From NCBI GenBank assembly GCA_937966555.1, contig CALCLY010000027.1, positions 14,620-78,619 on the forward strand: DNA of 64,000 nucleotides, written 5' to 3'. The notes under the pieces were generated by a model. It saw only the letters and a list, made by a program, of their open reading frames with translations. It was not told where the DNA came from and made no database searches. Positions 46,078-54,944 of the stretch are shown one piece after another (position 1 is the first letter of the stretch; every line of letters starts with the position of its first letter). Both the position numbers and the translations under genes were made by a program. Source of the stretch: an uncultured Clostridia bacterium (GTDB lineage Bacteria > Bacillota > Clostridia > UMGS1883 > UMGS1540).

Positions 46078-46530
46078 ATGAACAAAATGCCAGAAAGAAA
46101 GCAAACCAGGTTGAAGGATTATGATTATTCGCAAAACGGATATTATTTCATAACAATATGTACCCATAACAGACAAAATTTATTCGGTGAAATCGTAGGG
46201 GCGACCCTATGTGGTCGCCCGAATAATCCTGATAAAATGATTGAAAAATGGTTATTGGAATTGGAAAACAAGTTTGATGGTGTCAAAATATGCGAATATA
46301 TTATAATGCCGAATCATTTGCATTTTATAATATCGAAAACGGGCGACCACGCAGGGTCGCCCCTACGGGATATTGTGGGTTGGTTTAAAACAATGACAAC
46401 AAATGAATATATAGAAAATGTAAAAAAAATATGTTTCCGCCGTTTGATAAAAAAATATGGCAACGCAATTATTACGAACATATTATTCGCGATGAAAGTG
46501 ATTATATTGAAACGAAGGAATATATATTAA
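46078..46530 (+). CDS. REP-associated tyrosine transposase (RAYT; IS200/IS605-type Y1 HUH family), zero-frame ORF that ends before the catalytic Tyr motif
   Basis: KQTRLKDYDYSQNGYYFITICT N-terminus, HUH motif MPNHLHFII and WFKTMTTNEY helix. REP cores lie in frame at 46195-46221 (VGATLCGRP) and 46340-46366 (TGDHAGSPLR). After the A8 run (46422-46429) the zero frame reads unrelated sequence. Confidence 0.8.
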   Translation: MNKMPERKQTRLKDYDYSQNGYYFITICTHNRQNLFGEIVGATLCGRPNNPDKMIEKWLLELENKFDGVKICEYIIMPNHLHFIISKTGDHAGSPLRDIVGWFKTMTTNEYIENVKKICFRRLIKKYGNAIITNILFAMKVIILKRRNIY

Positions 46531-46547
46531 ATAATCCTTTAAAATGA
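46428..46547 (+). other. -1 frame continuation of the RAYT gene encoding the catalytic-Tyr module
   Basis: The -1 frame reads NMFPPFDKKIWQRNYYEHIIRDESDYIETKEYILNNPLK then stop at 46545-46547, which is the conserved C-terminus of this family. It joins the zero frame at the A_AAA_AAA heptamer 46422-46428. This is a frameshifted pseudogene, a homopolymer sequencing error or recoding. Confidence 0.7.
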
Positions 46548-46552
46548 GAAAA

Positions 46553-46689
46553 GTAAGGGCGACCCTATGCGGCCGCCCCATTTTGCGTTCCGGAGTTTTT
46601 TAACATCCCGAATGATTTGTTTTACTTAAAAATTTTTTTTAGATATTTTCTTGCGTTCCGGAGTAGGGGCGACCCTATGTGGTCGCCCG
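46553..46689. repeat. REP cores and accessory modules downstream of the RAYT gene
   Basis: Degenerate REP 46553-46579, the gcgttccggagttttttaacatccc module at 46583-46612 with a partial copy at 46647-46663, and REP core 46663-46689 (plus). Confidence 0.9.
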
Positions 46690-46718
46690 AATAATCCACT
46701 ATGTTGTTGATTTCAATA

Positions 46719-48113
46719 TTATAAGTTTTGTCCTTCTTCTAATCTTTCGATTTCTTTTTCCGCGGCTTCAATAGATTTCAAAACCGCTTCTTTTGCCGGT
46801 GCGCCGTAAACCTTTCTCTGGCTTACGCACGTTTCCATGCTTATCGCGTCATAGATGTCCTCATCAAAAACATCCGAGAAGCTTTTGAATTCCTCAAGAG
46901 TAAGGTCATCAAGAGCCTTGTCGCGGCTTATCGCATAAAATACCAGCTTGCCTATAACCGCATGCGCGTCCCGAAACGGCATTCCGTGTTTAACAAGATA
47001 ATCCGCAGCGTCCGTGGCGTTTGTGAAGCCGCCTTTTGCGCCTTTGTACATGTTTTCGGCGTTTATTTTCATTGTTTCAACCATTTTGCGGAACACAGGC
47101 ACGCACAAAAGCACCGTGTCAACCGCGTCAAACACCTGTTCCTTGTCTTCCTGCATATCTTTGTTGTATGCAAGCGGAATACCCTTCATCATTGTGAGAA
47201 GACCCATAAGGCTGCCGTATACTCTGCCGGTTTTTCCGCGGATAAGTTCGGCAACGTCGGGGTTTTTCTTCTGCGGCATTATGCTGCTTCCGGTGGAATA
47301 CGCATCGTCCATCTCAACAAATGAAAATTCGTTGCTGCTCCAGAGAATAAGTTCCTCGCAGAAGCGGCTCAAATGCATCATAAGAACCGACATGTCAAAC
47401 ACCGCTTCAAGCGCAAAATCCCTGTCGCTCACACCGTCCAATGAATTGTCGCTTATCTTTGAAAAGCCGAGCTCGCGGCAGACATATTCTCTGTCAAGAG
47501 GGTATGTTGTGCCGGCAAGCGCACCGCTGCCCAGAGGCATAACGGATGTGCGTGCCGCGCAGCCGCGCAGCCTGTCCGCATCGCGCAGAAGCATTTCAAC
47601 ATATGCCATGAAATGGTGCGCAAGTGTTATCGGCTGCGCCTTCTGCAAATGCGTGTAACCGGGCATGATGGTTTCTGTGTTTTCTTTCGCAAGAGTTATA
47701 AGCGATTTTATGAGCTTTATTGTCTCTTTTGAAATTTCGTGCAGAGCGGAAAGCATGTACATGCGCAGGTCAAGCGCCACCTGGTCGTTTCTGCTTCTGC
47801 CCGTGTGAAGTCTTTTGCCGGCTTCGCCTATCCTGTCCGTCAGGATTTTTTCAATATTCATGTGAATGTCTTCGGCGTCTATTAAAAACTCAACCTTGCC
47901 GGCTTCAATATCGGCAAGAATTTCGCGCAGCGTTTTTACAATAAGTTCGGAGTCCTCCGCCGGGATAATTCCCTGCTTGCCGAGCATTTTTGCATGCGCT
48001 ATGCTGCCTTCAATGTCTTCCCTGTACATTCTTTTGTCAAAGCGGATGGACGAGTTGAAATCGTCCACCGCCTTGTCTGTGCTTTTTTGGAATCTTCCTC
48101 CCCAAAGCTTCAT
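46719..48113 (-). CDS. argH: argininosuccinate lyase
   Basis: MKLWGGRF..., [12 protein letters not shown] and [12 protein letters not shown] signature motifs. 464 aa. Confidence 0.95.
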   Translation of the reverse strand: MKLWGGRFQKSTDKAVDDFNSSIRFDKRMYREDIEGSIAHAKMLGKQGIIPAEDSELIVKTLREILADIEAGKVEFLIDAEDIHMNIEKILTDRIGEAGKRLHTGRSRNDQVALDLRMYMLSALHEISKETIKLIKSLITLAKENTETIMPGYTHLQKAQPITLAHHFMAYVEMLLRDADRLRGCAARTSVMPLGSGALAGTTYPLDREYVCRELGFSKISDNSLDGVSDRDFALEAVFDMSVLMMHLSRFCEELILWSSNEFSFVEMDDAYSTGSSIMPQKKNPDVAELIRGKTGRVYGSLMGLLTMMKGIPLAYNKDMQEDKEQVFDAVDTVLLCVPVFRKMVETMKINAENMYKGAKGGFTNATDAADYLVKHGMPFRDAHAVIGKLVFYAISRDKALDDLTLEEFKSFSDVFDEDIYDAISMETCVSQRKVYGAPAKEAVLKSIEAAEKEIERLEEGQNL

Positions 48114-48128
48114 GTAATTTCTCCTTTT

Positions 48129-48235
48129 GTCGCTTTGCGCTCAATATTGTATTCAAAATCGGAACAAAGCGCAGCTTGTCCCGACGCCGTAGGGGCGGCC
48201 CCATGTGGTCGCCCGTTTTGTTTTCCGCACCTTAC
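48129..48235. repeat. REP/BIME-like repeat between argH and argG
   Basis: ttgtattcaaaatcggaacaaagcgcagcttgtcccgacgcc, then REP core 48189-48215 (plus, degenerate left arm). Confidence 0.85.
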
Positions 48236-48243
48236 GCGGCGCA

Positions 48244-49464
48244 TTACTTATTATCTTTAACTTTTTTAAGCATCTGGGCGCGAACCTTAAGCGGCAGTCC
48301 GAACAGATTTATAAATCCTGCAGCGTCCTTCTGGTCGTAAACTTCGTCTTCCGAGAATGTTGCGATATCTTCGTCATAAAGTGAATAGGGCGATGTTGTT
48401 CCGGCAGGCATGCAGTTGCCTTTGTAAAGTTTCATTTTAACTTTACCCGTAACGGTTTCCTGCGTGGAATCCACAAATGCACTCATAGCTTCGCGCAGCG
48501 GCGTAAACCAAAGTCCGTCATATACAAGATCTGCAAATTTGTTTGAAAGGTCGGCTTTGTAATGAAGCGTCTGCTTGTCGAGACATAGATATTCAAGCTC
48601 TTTGTGAGCCGCATACAAAAGTGTGCCGCCCGGTGTTTCGTAAACGCCGCGGCTCTTCATGCCCACAAGTCTGTTCTCCACGATATCTTCAATTCCGACG
48701 CCGTTTGCCGCAGCAAGCTCGTTTGCTTTCTTGAGAAGCTCTGCCGCGCTGTCATACTTAACTCCGTCAATTGCAACCGGAATACCCTTTTCAAATTCAA
48801 TTTCAACATATGTGGGTTTGTCGGGTGCCTGTTCGGGGGAAACCATGAGTTTCAGGAGTTTGTCGTACTGCGGCTCGTTTGCCGGGTCTTCAAGGTCCAT
48901 GCCCTCATGGCTTAAGTGCCATATATTTCTGTCCATGGAATAGTTGTCTTCTTTTGTAACGGGTACGGGAATGCCGCGCTTTTCTGCGTATTCGATTTCT
49001 TCTTCACGCGATTTAATATCCCATATTCTCCAGGGAGCGATTATTTTCATCTGCGGTGCGAGAGCTTTTATTGTGAGCTCGAAACGAACCTGGTCGTTTC
49101 CTTTGCCCGTGCAGCCGTGGCATATTGCCGTGGCGCCTTCCGCTTCGGCTATTTCAATAAGACGCTTTGCGATGCAGGGACGTGCGTGAGATGTGCCGAG
49201 CATGTATTTGCCTTCGTAAACCGCGCCGGCTTTCAGCGTCGGCCAGATGTAATTTCTTACGTAGTCCTCCTGAAGATTTTCTATATAAAGTTTTGAAGCG
49301 CCTGTCTTAAGAGCCTTTTCTTCGAGACCGTCCGTCTCTTTGCCCTGACCTACGTCACCGCATACGGCTATAACTTCGCAGTCATAATTTTCCTTAAGCC
49401 ACGGAATGATTATTGACGTGTCAAGACCGCCCGAGTATGCAAGAACAACTTTTTCTTTTGCCAT
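48244..49464 (-). CDS. argG: argininosuccinate synthase
   Basis: [32 protein letters not shown] and similar motifs. 406 aa. Confidence 0.95.
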   Translation of the reverse strand: MAKEKVVLAYSGGLDTSIIIPWLKENYDCEVIAVCGDVGQGKETDGLEEKALKTGASKLYIENLQEDYVRNYIWPTLKAGAVYEGKYMLGTSHARPCIAKRLIEIAEAEGATAICHGCTGKGNDQVRFELTIKALAPQMKIIAPWRIWDIKSREEEIEYAEKRGIPVPVTKEDNYSMDRNIWHLSHEGMDLEDPANEPQYDKLLKLMVSPEQAPDKPTYVEIEFEKGIPVAIDGVKYDSAAELLKKANELAAANGVGIEDIVENRLVGMKSRGVYETPGGTLLYAAHKELEYLCLDKQTLHYKADLSNKFADLVYDGLWFTPLREAMSAFVDSTQETVTGKVKMKLYKGNCMPAGTTSPYSLYDEDIATFSEDEVYDQKDAAGFINLFGLPLKVRAQMLKKVKDNK

Positions 49465-49595
49465 TTTAAAAACATCCTTTCGCCAAAAAATTTATTTGCT
49501 TTAATACTATTTTAATGCTATAATAGAAAAAAGTAAAGAGTTTTTTTGATATTTATGCATTTTTATGCAATATAAATAAAATAAGGAGCAAAGAC

Positions 49596-50096
49596 ATGAA
49601 AATTTTAGGCATAGACCCGGGTTACGCTATAGTAGGCTTCGGAATAGTCGAATATAAGGGCAATAAGTTCACTCCGATAGAGTACGGAGCAATCACAACG
49701 GACAACAAAATGCCGTTTCCCGAAAGGCTGAAATACATATATGACAGAACGACTGATATAATAAATATGCATAAACCTGAATTTTTATCTATAGAAGAAC
49801 TGTTCTTCAACACGAATGTCAAAACCGCCATTGCCGTGGGACATGCGCGCGGAGTGCTGCTTCTGGCGGCGCAGAACCTCGGAGTGCCGATATACGAATA
49901 CACTCCGCTTCAGATAAAACAGGCAGTCACCGGCTACGGCAGAGCGGATAAAAACCAGGTTCAGCAGATGGTTAAAACGCTTTTGTCTCTTCAGAAGGTG
50001 CCCAAACCCGACGATACCGCCGATGCACTTGCCGTCGCGGTGTGCCATGCTCATTCGTATAACCCGAATACGTCAAATCTTTTCAGAGTGCAGTAA
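49596..50096 (+). CDS. ruvC: crossover junction endodeoxyribonuclease RuvC
   Basis: [18 protein letters not shown]...IEELFFN...[19 protein letters not shown]...[12 protein letters not shown]. Confidence 0.93.
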   Translation: MKILGIDPGYAIVGFGIVEYKGNKFTPIEYGAITTDNKMPFPERLKYIYDRTTDIINMHKPEFLSIEELFFNTNVKTAIAVGHARGVLLLAAQNLGVPIYEYTPLQIKQAVTGYGRADKNQVQQMVKTLLSLQKVPKPDDTADALAVAVCHAHSYNPNTSNLFRVQ

Positions 50097-50175
50097 AAGA
50101 ATTTTTGTTTTTGATGTATTTATAGGAAATAAAACAGAAGGATTTGTATTATTTAATAATGTTGTTTAAATATTT

Positions 50176-50206
50176 TTCTTGCGTTCCGGAGCTTTTTAAC
50201 ATCCCC
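50176..50206. repeat. copy of the ttcttgcgttccggag(c/t)tttttaacatcccc module overlapping the 3' end of the Fe-S protein gene
   Basis: Same module as at 7221-7255 and 46583-46612. The stop codon (50196-50198) and the last two codons of the minus-strand ORF lie inside it. Confidence 0.75.
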
Positions 50207-50858
50207 TGCCCCCTTTGGGGCAGACGCTCATACATACCCCGCATACGGCGCCGCGCCCTATACTTTTAAATTTCTCTTTCATGTAGTCGCTGCACGCCTT
50301 GGCGTCAAAAATATCGTCTCTTGTCATGCCGCTTTGATACGCAACATTTTTTATGGCAAGCGCGCCGCATGCCTTGGAGCAGAGCGAGCAGCTGCCGCAC
50401 AAATCCTCCTGCACGCGGCAAAGCGTTTTCAAAGGAGCATTTGTGAAAACCGTGGCAAGCCTTACGCGCGGACCGAATTTGTGCGATATGAAAAGCGCGC
50501 TTTTTCCTATATATCCGAGCCCTGCGCGCACGGCAGCCGTTTTGTGCGGAAAAATGCCCTGCATGCCGTTTACGGACTGGCTTGCCGGCACTGCGGCGGC
50601 TCTGTAACCCATGCTCTGAAGATATAAAACAAGCTGCAGCGTGACGCTGTCAAGATACGCGTTGACGGTTCTGTAATGGTGAAAATACGTGTGCGTGGGG
50701 GAGGCGTCTATCTGCTCTGCCACAGCGTCCGAAAGGTGCAGCACGCATGATATAGCGGAAGGCAGTCCCTCAAAGGGCGTATCTTCGGAACATTCGGCAA
50801 AGCCCGAGTCCGAAATAAATCTGTCTTTTAAAAATTTATTGATATCGTCATTTAACAT
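50196..50858 (-). CDS. 4Fe-4S double-cluster protein, QueG/reductive-dehalogenase-like (short form)
   Basis: CGSCSLCSKACGALA and CGVCMSVCPKG ferredoxin-type motifs, plus the central pattern GLGYIGKSALFISHKFGPRVRLATVFT. The assignment to QueG is tentative. Confidence 0.6.
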   Translation of the reverse strand: MLNDDINKFLKDRFISDSGFAECSEDTPFEGLPSAISCVLHLSDAVAEQIDASPTHTYFHHYRTVNAYLDSVTLQLVLYLQSMGYRAAAVPASQSVNGMQGIFPHKTAAVRAGLGYIGKSALFISHKFGPRVRLATVFTNAPLKTLCRVQEDLCGSCSLCSKACGALAIKNVAYQSGMTRDDIFDAKACSDYMKEKFKSIGRGAVCGVCMSVCPKGGRGC

Positions 50859-50931
50859 AATGATTATTCATGTCCTTTGCGTGTATTTTATATAATAAGT
50901 ATAACTTAAATCGGCTTTAATGTCAATTCCC

Positions 50932-50960
50932 TTGACAAATCGGGAAAAAAGCTTTAAAAT
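50932..50960 (+). promoter_or_regulatory. sigma-A promoter upstream of the hypothetical-nifS-thiI-cinA gene string
   Basis: TTGACA (50932-50937), 17 nt, TAAAAT (50955-50960). Confidence 0.6.
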
Positions 50961-50997
50961 ATAGTATTGAAAAGCCGTCGAAAGGTAGGAATGCTTT

Positions 50998-51357
50998 ATG
51001 AAACAGAATCACGAACTCAAAAGACAGCTTATAGAAAACGAAATACACAGCATTGTTATGGCGGACAAACGCGCAATACTGCTCGATAATCTGCGCCGCC
51101 GGAAAAAGCGCCTCGGCAATTTGAAGCTCGGCGATACGGTGCTTCTTTTTGAATACATGGGAAGAAAGAAACATGCTTCGTCCGATGAAAACGACACGCT
51201 TTACAGAATTACGGAGGGCAAAGTCATTCAGGTTACAAAAAGCGGTTTTTTCCTTGACGGATTAAACGGCAGAGGTCATAAAACAATGGAGTTTGTGAAC
51301 AAAGCGCATATAATAAGCGGCAGAGTTCAGCTCTTATTAAAGGAAAAGAATGTATGA
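50998..51357 (+). CDS. hypothetical protein (119 aa)
   Basis: ORF with AAAGGTAGGA upstream. Its stop overlaps the nifS-like start (ATGA at 51354). I recognise no domain. Confidence 0.55.
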   Translation: MKQNHELKRQLIENEIHSIVMADKRAILLDNLRRRKKRLGNLKLGDTVLLFEYMGRKKHASSDENDTLYRITEGKVIQVTKSGFFLDGLNGRGHKTMEFVNKAHIISGRVQLLLKEKNV

Positions 51358-52472
51358 TTTATTTTGACAACAGCGCAACCACAAAGCCGTGCCGCGCCGC
51401 GGTGCAGGCTGCGGCGCGCGCCATGGAAGACGTGTTCGGGAATCCCTCGTCGTCTCACGGCGCCGGGATTGCGGCGCGTGCGGAGCTTAAGGCGGCAAGA
51501 GAAGAAGTGGCTTCTTCCCTGCATGTTACCCCCGATGAGATTTATTTTACTTCGGGCGGAACAATGTCTGACAATATCGCCGTTTTCGGCGGTGCGAAAA
51601 AAGGCGTCGGCAATCACGCGGTTACAACAAAAATTGAACATGAAGCGGTTCTGCTCTGCTTTGAAGAGCTTGAAAAGCGCGGTTTTGACGTGACGTATTT
51701 AACGCCGGAAAGCGACGGAAATATTTCGCTTTCGCAGATAGAAAAGGCGCTTACGCCCGAGACCTCGCTTGTGAGCATAATGACCGTAAACAACGAAACG
51801 GGCGCAATGCTGCCCGTTGACGGTGTGAAAGCTTTGATAAACAGAATCTGTCCGCGTGCGCTTTTTCACACGGACGCGGTTCAGGCGTTCGGCAAAACGG
51901 AGCTTTACCCCGATAAGTGGGGTGTTGACCTTCTGAGCGTTTCGGGCCACAAAGTTCACGCACCCAAGGGCGTGGGCGCGCTTTATATAAGACGCGGCGT
52001 TTCGCTTCTGCCGCATATTTTCGGCGGAGGACAGGAGAAAAATATTCATTCGGGAACGGAAAATCTCCCGGGAATTATGGGTCTTGCCGCGGCTGTGCGC
52101 GAGTTTGATATTCCGTGTAAAACCGTTTCAGAGATAAACGCGTACATGCGCCGCGGAATTTCAAAGCTTGACGGAGCGGAGATTAACAGCCCCGAAGACG
52201 CATCGCCGTATGTCCTCAATGTGTCGTTCGGAAAAATCCCCTCGGAAGTTATGCTAAATTCCATGGCGGCGGAGGGAATATGCGCCTCGGCAGGGAGCGC
52301 GTGCGCGGCAAACCGTTCGGGCGAAAGCTACGTTTTGCGCGCCATGGGCAGAAGCCCGAAAAGTGCAATCCGTTTCAGCTTTTCGCGTTTCAATACGCTT
52401 GAAGAAGCGGAAAAAACAATGGATTTTCTTAATAAAACCGTTCCCCTGCTTACGGAAATTGCAGGGAGGTAA
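51354..52472 (+). CDS. cysteine desulfurase (NifS/IscS-like class V aminotransferase)
   Basis: IYFDNSATT, SGGTMSDN, SVSGHKVHAPKGVGALY (PLP lysine) and the SAGSACA active-site Cys loop. Confidence 0.9.
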   Translation: MIYFDNSATTKPCRAAVQAAARAMEDVFGNPSSSHGAGIAARAELKAAREEVASSLHVTPDEIYFTSGGTMSDNIAVFGGAKKGVGNHAVTTKIEHEAVLLCFEELEKRGFDVTYLTPESDGNISLSQIEKALTPETSLVSIMTVNNETGAMLPVDGVKALINRICPRALFHTDAVQAFGKTELYPDKWGVDLLSVSGHKVHAPKGVGALYIRRGVSLLPHIFGGGQEKNIHSGTENLPGIMGLAAAVREFDIPCKTVSEINAYMRRGISKLDGAEINSPEDASPYVLNVSFGKIPSEVMLNSMAAEGICASAGSACAANRSGESYVLRAMGRSPKSAIRFSFSRFNTLEEAEKTMDFLNKTVPLLTEIAGR

Positions 52473-52514
52473 AACTGTGCCGGTGCAGGGCGGCGGAAGG
52501 GAGATCAAATTAAT

Positions 52515-53672
52515 ATGAAAGAAATTATACTTATTAAATACGGAGAAATAATACTTAAAGGCTTAAACAGACATATATTCGAAGATAAACTTGTAGGAAA
52601 CATCAAAAAAGCGGTGGGAGACAGTGCGCATGTTTATAAGTCGCTTGCAACGATTTATGCCGAGCCCCGGGAAGGCGCCGACATAGACGAGCTCATAGCG
52701 AAAATACGAAACGTTTTCGGAATAGTTTCAATAGCGCGCGCCGCGGTGTGCGAAAAGGAACTTTCCGATATCTGTGCCGCTGCGGCGGAATATTTAAAGG
52801 ACGAGCTTTCCCTGGTTAAAACTTTCAAGGTTGAGACAAAGCGCGCGGACAAGAAATATCCGCTCAAATCTCCGCAAATCAGCGCGGAAGTGGGCGGCGC
52901 ACTTTTGGATGCTTTCAAAAATTTAAGCGTCGACGTGAAAAATCCCGACCTTATCGTAAACGTTGAGGTGCGCGAAAGCGCGGCGTATGTATACGGCGGA
53001 AGAATCCGCGGCAGAGGCGGCATGCCAACGGGTACGGCAGGCAAAGCCATGCTGCTGCTCTCCGGCGGAATAGACAGCCCCGTTGCAGGCTACATGATAG
53101 CAAAGCGCGGCGCAACACTTGAGGGAATACACTTTTTCTCGCACCCTTTCACAAGCGAGCTTGCAAAACAGAAGGTGCTTGACCTGGCAAGGGAGCTTAA
53201 AGGCTTTACGGGTTCTCTGCGTGTGCATATTGTGCCGTTTACGCAGCCGCAGCTTCAGATGCGCGAAAAATGCCCGGCGGAGCACTTAACGCTTATTATG
53301 CGCAGAATGATGATGATGATAGCCTCGGAAATTGCGAAAAAACAGGGTGCTTTGTGCCTTGTTACGGGCGAAAGCCTGGGTCAGGTTGCAAGCCAGACCA
53401 TGGAGGCGCTTGCCGTGACGGATGATGCGGCTTCTCTTCCGTGTTTCCGTCCCGTAATAGGCATGGACAAAGAAGATATTGTAGCCATAGCGCGCGATAT
53501 AGGCACATTTGAAACGTCTATACTGCCTTATGAGGACTGCTGCACGATTTTTGTGCCCAAGCACCCCACAACAAGACCGAAACTTGAAAAAATTCTTGCC
53601 TCCGAAGCGCTTCTGGACGTTGAGACGCTGGTGCGCGACGCTGTCGAGGGAACAGAGGTTGTGGATGTCTGA
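52515..53672 (+). CDS. thiI: tRNA 4-thiouridine synthase ThiI
   Basis: [14 protein letters not shown], a THUMP region, and the PP-loop [12 protein letters not shown]. Confidence 0.93.
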   Translation: MKEIILIKYGEIILKGLNRHIFEDKLVGNIKKAVGDSAHVYKSLATIYAEPREGADIDELIAKIRNVFGIVSIARAAVCEKELSDICAAAAEYLKDELSLVKTFKVETKRADKKYPLKSPQISAEVGGALLDAFKNLSVDVKNPDLIVNVEVRESAAYVYGGRIRGRGGMPTGTAGKAMLLLSGGIDSPVAGYMIAKRGATLEGIHFFSHPFTSELAKQKVLDLARELKGFTGSLRVHIVPFTQPQLQMREKCPAEHLTLIMRRMMMMIASEIAKKQGALCLVTGESLGQVASQTMEALAVTDDAASLPCFRPVIGMDKEDIVAIARDIGTFETSILPYEDCCTIFVPKHPTTRPKLEKILASEALLDVETLVRDAVEGTEVVDV

Positions 53673-54129
53673 TATATTTGAAAAACTTATAAACAAACAT
53701 ATTACGGTTTCCTGTGCGGAATCCTGCACGGGAGGTCTTTTGGCGGCGGCTTTTACGGATGCGCCGGGGATTTCCGCGGTGTTTTTCGAAGGTGCCGTCA
53801 CATATGCAAATGAGGCTAAAGAGCGCCTCGGGGTAAAGGCGGAAACGCTGCAAAACTTCGGAGCGGTGAGCGAAAATACCGCGCTCGAGATGGCGGAATG
53901 CATAAGAAAACGCGCAAAAAGCGACATAGGTCTTTCCACCACCGGAATCGCAGGTCCGGGCGGCGGCACACCCGAAAAACCCGTGGGACTTGTGTACTGC
54001 GCGATATCATCCGAAAAAGAAACGCGCGTTTATAAGCTGAATCTAAGCGGAAGCCGCGACGAGATAAGACGGCAGACGGTTAAATTTCTGCTGGAAAAAC
54101 TGGAGGAGTACATAGATGAACAATATTAA
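53665..54129 (+). CDS. CinA C-terminal-domain protein (nicotinamide-nucleotide amidohydrolase PncC-like)
   Basis: Start trimmed to MSDIFEKLI (ATG 53665, overlapping the thiI stop). [25 protein letters not shown]...[13 protein letters not shown] signature. Confidence 0.85.
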   Translation: MSDIFEKLINKHITVSCAESCTGGLLAAAFTDAPGISAVFFEGAVTYANEAKERLGVKAETLQNFGAVSENTALEMAECIRKRAKSDIGLSTTGIAGPGGGTPEKPVGLVYCAISSEKETRVYKLNLSGSRDEIRRQTVKFLLEKLEEYIDEQY

Positions 54130-54922
54130 ACTTTGGGATAAAACCCCGTTTTTTGACGAAAATATCAATCAGCCGGAGCCGTTTTTAAAGCCGTATATAA
54201 AAGACGGCGCAAAATCCGCGGTTATTGTGTGCCCGGGCGGCGCATACCGCGACCTTGCCGAACATGAGGGCCATCCCGTTGCGCTGTGGCTCAATTCCAT
54301 AGGCATTACGGCGTTTGTGCTTACATACCGCCTCGCTCCGTACACGGAGAAAGCCATAACGGGCGATATTTTGAGAGCCGTGCGCGTGGTGCGCAGCAAT
54401 GCGGAAAACTTCGGCATTAAAAAAAACAAAATTGGCGTTCTGGGCTTTTCCGCAGGCGGACATTTGGCGTCTTCCGCGGCGGTGCATTTTTCGGATTTTG
54501 TTTTCCCGAAAACAGATGACACCGATAACGAAAGCTCGCGCCCCGATGCGGCAATACTTTGCTACCCCGTAATATCGCCGGACAGCGGCATGTGTCATGG
54601 AGACTCTTTTAAAAATCTTTTGGGCGAAAAGTTCGGAGACGAAAAACTGATGAATTATTATTCCAACGAAAAAGCGGTGAAACCCGACACACCGCCCTGC
54701 TTTTTGTGGCACACGGGAGGGGATGACGGAGTTCCGCCCGAAAACAGCCTGGAGTTTGCGAAAGGTCTGCAAAAAAATAAAATTCCGTACGAAATTCACA
54801 TTTATGCCGGCGGCAGACACGGAATGGGTCTTGCGCAAAATCTTAAAGGCGAGAATACGTTCCGCATAGAAAAATGGACCGAAAGCTGCGAAGAATGGCT
54901 TAAATCAATAGATTTTATTTAA
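54116..54922 (+). CDS. alpha/beta-hydrolase fold esterase
   Basis: VCPGGAY oxyanion region, the nucleophile elbow GFSAGGH, and a C-terminal GGRHG. 268 aa. Confidence 0.8.
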   Translation: MNNIKLWDKTPFFDENINQPEPFLKPYIKDGAKSAVIVCPGGAYRDLAEHEGHPVALWLNSIGITAFVLTYRLAPYTEKAITGDILRAVRVVRSNAENFGIKKNKIGVLGFSAGGHLASSAAVHFSDFVFPKTDDTDNESSRPDAAILCYPVISPDSGMCHGDSFKNLLGEKFGDEKLMNYYSNEKAVKPDTPPCFLWHTGGDDGVPPENSLEFAKGLQKNKIPYEIHIYAGGRHGMGLAQNLKGENTFRIEKWTESCEEWLKSIDFI

Positions 54923-54944
54923 ATTCAGGACAGGGAGATAAACG

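Noticed and set aside
38700-49600. Switch from mostly minus-strand genes (19.7-38.7 kb) to mostly plus-strand genes (49.6-64 kb) as evidence for a replication origin in the window
   Set aside because: The transition zone contains genes on both strands (sigG, the two-component pair and argGH on minus; LRR, oadB and RAYT on plus). There is no DnaA-box cluster there, and the window is too short to evaluate GC skew by eye.
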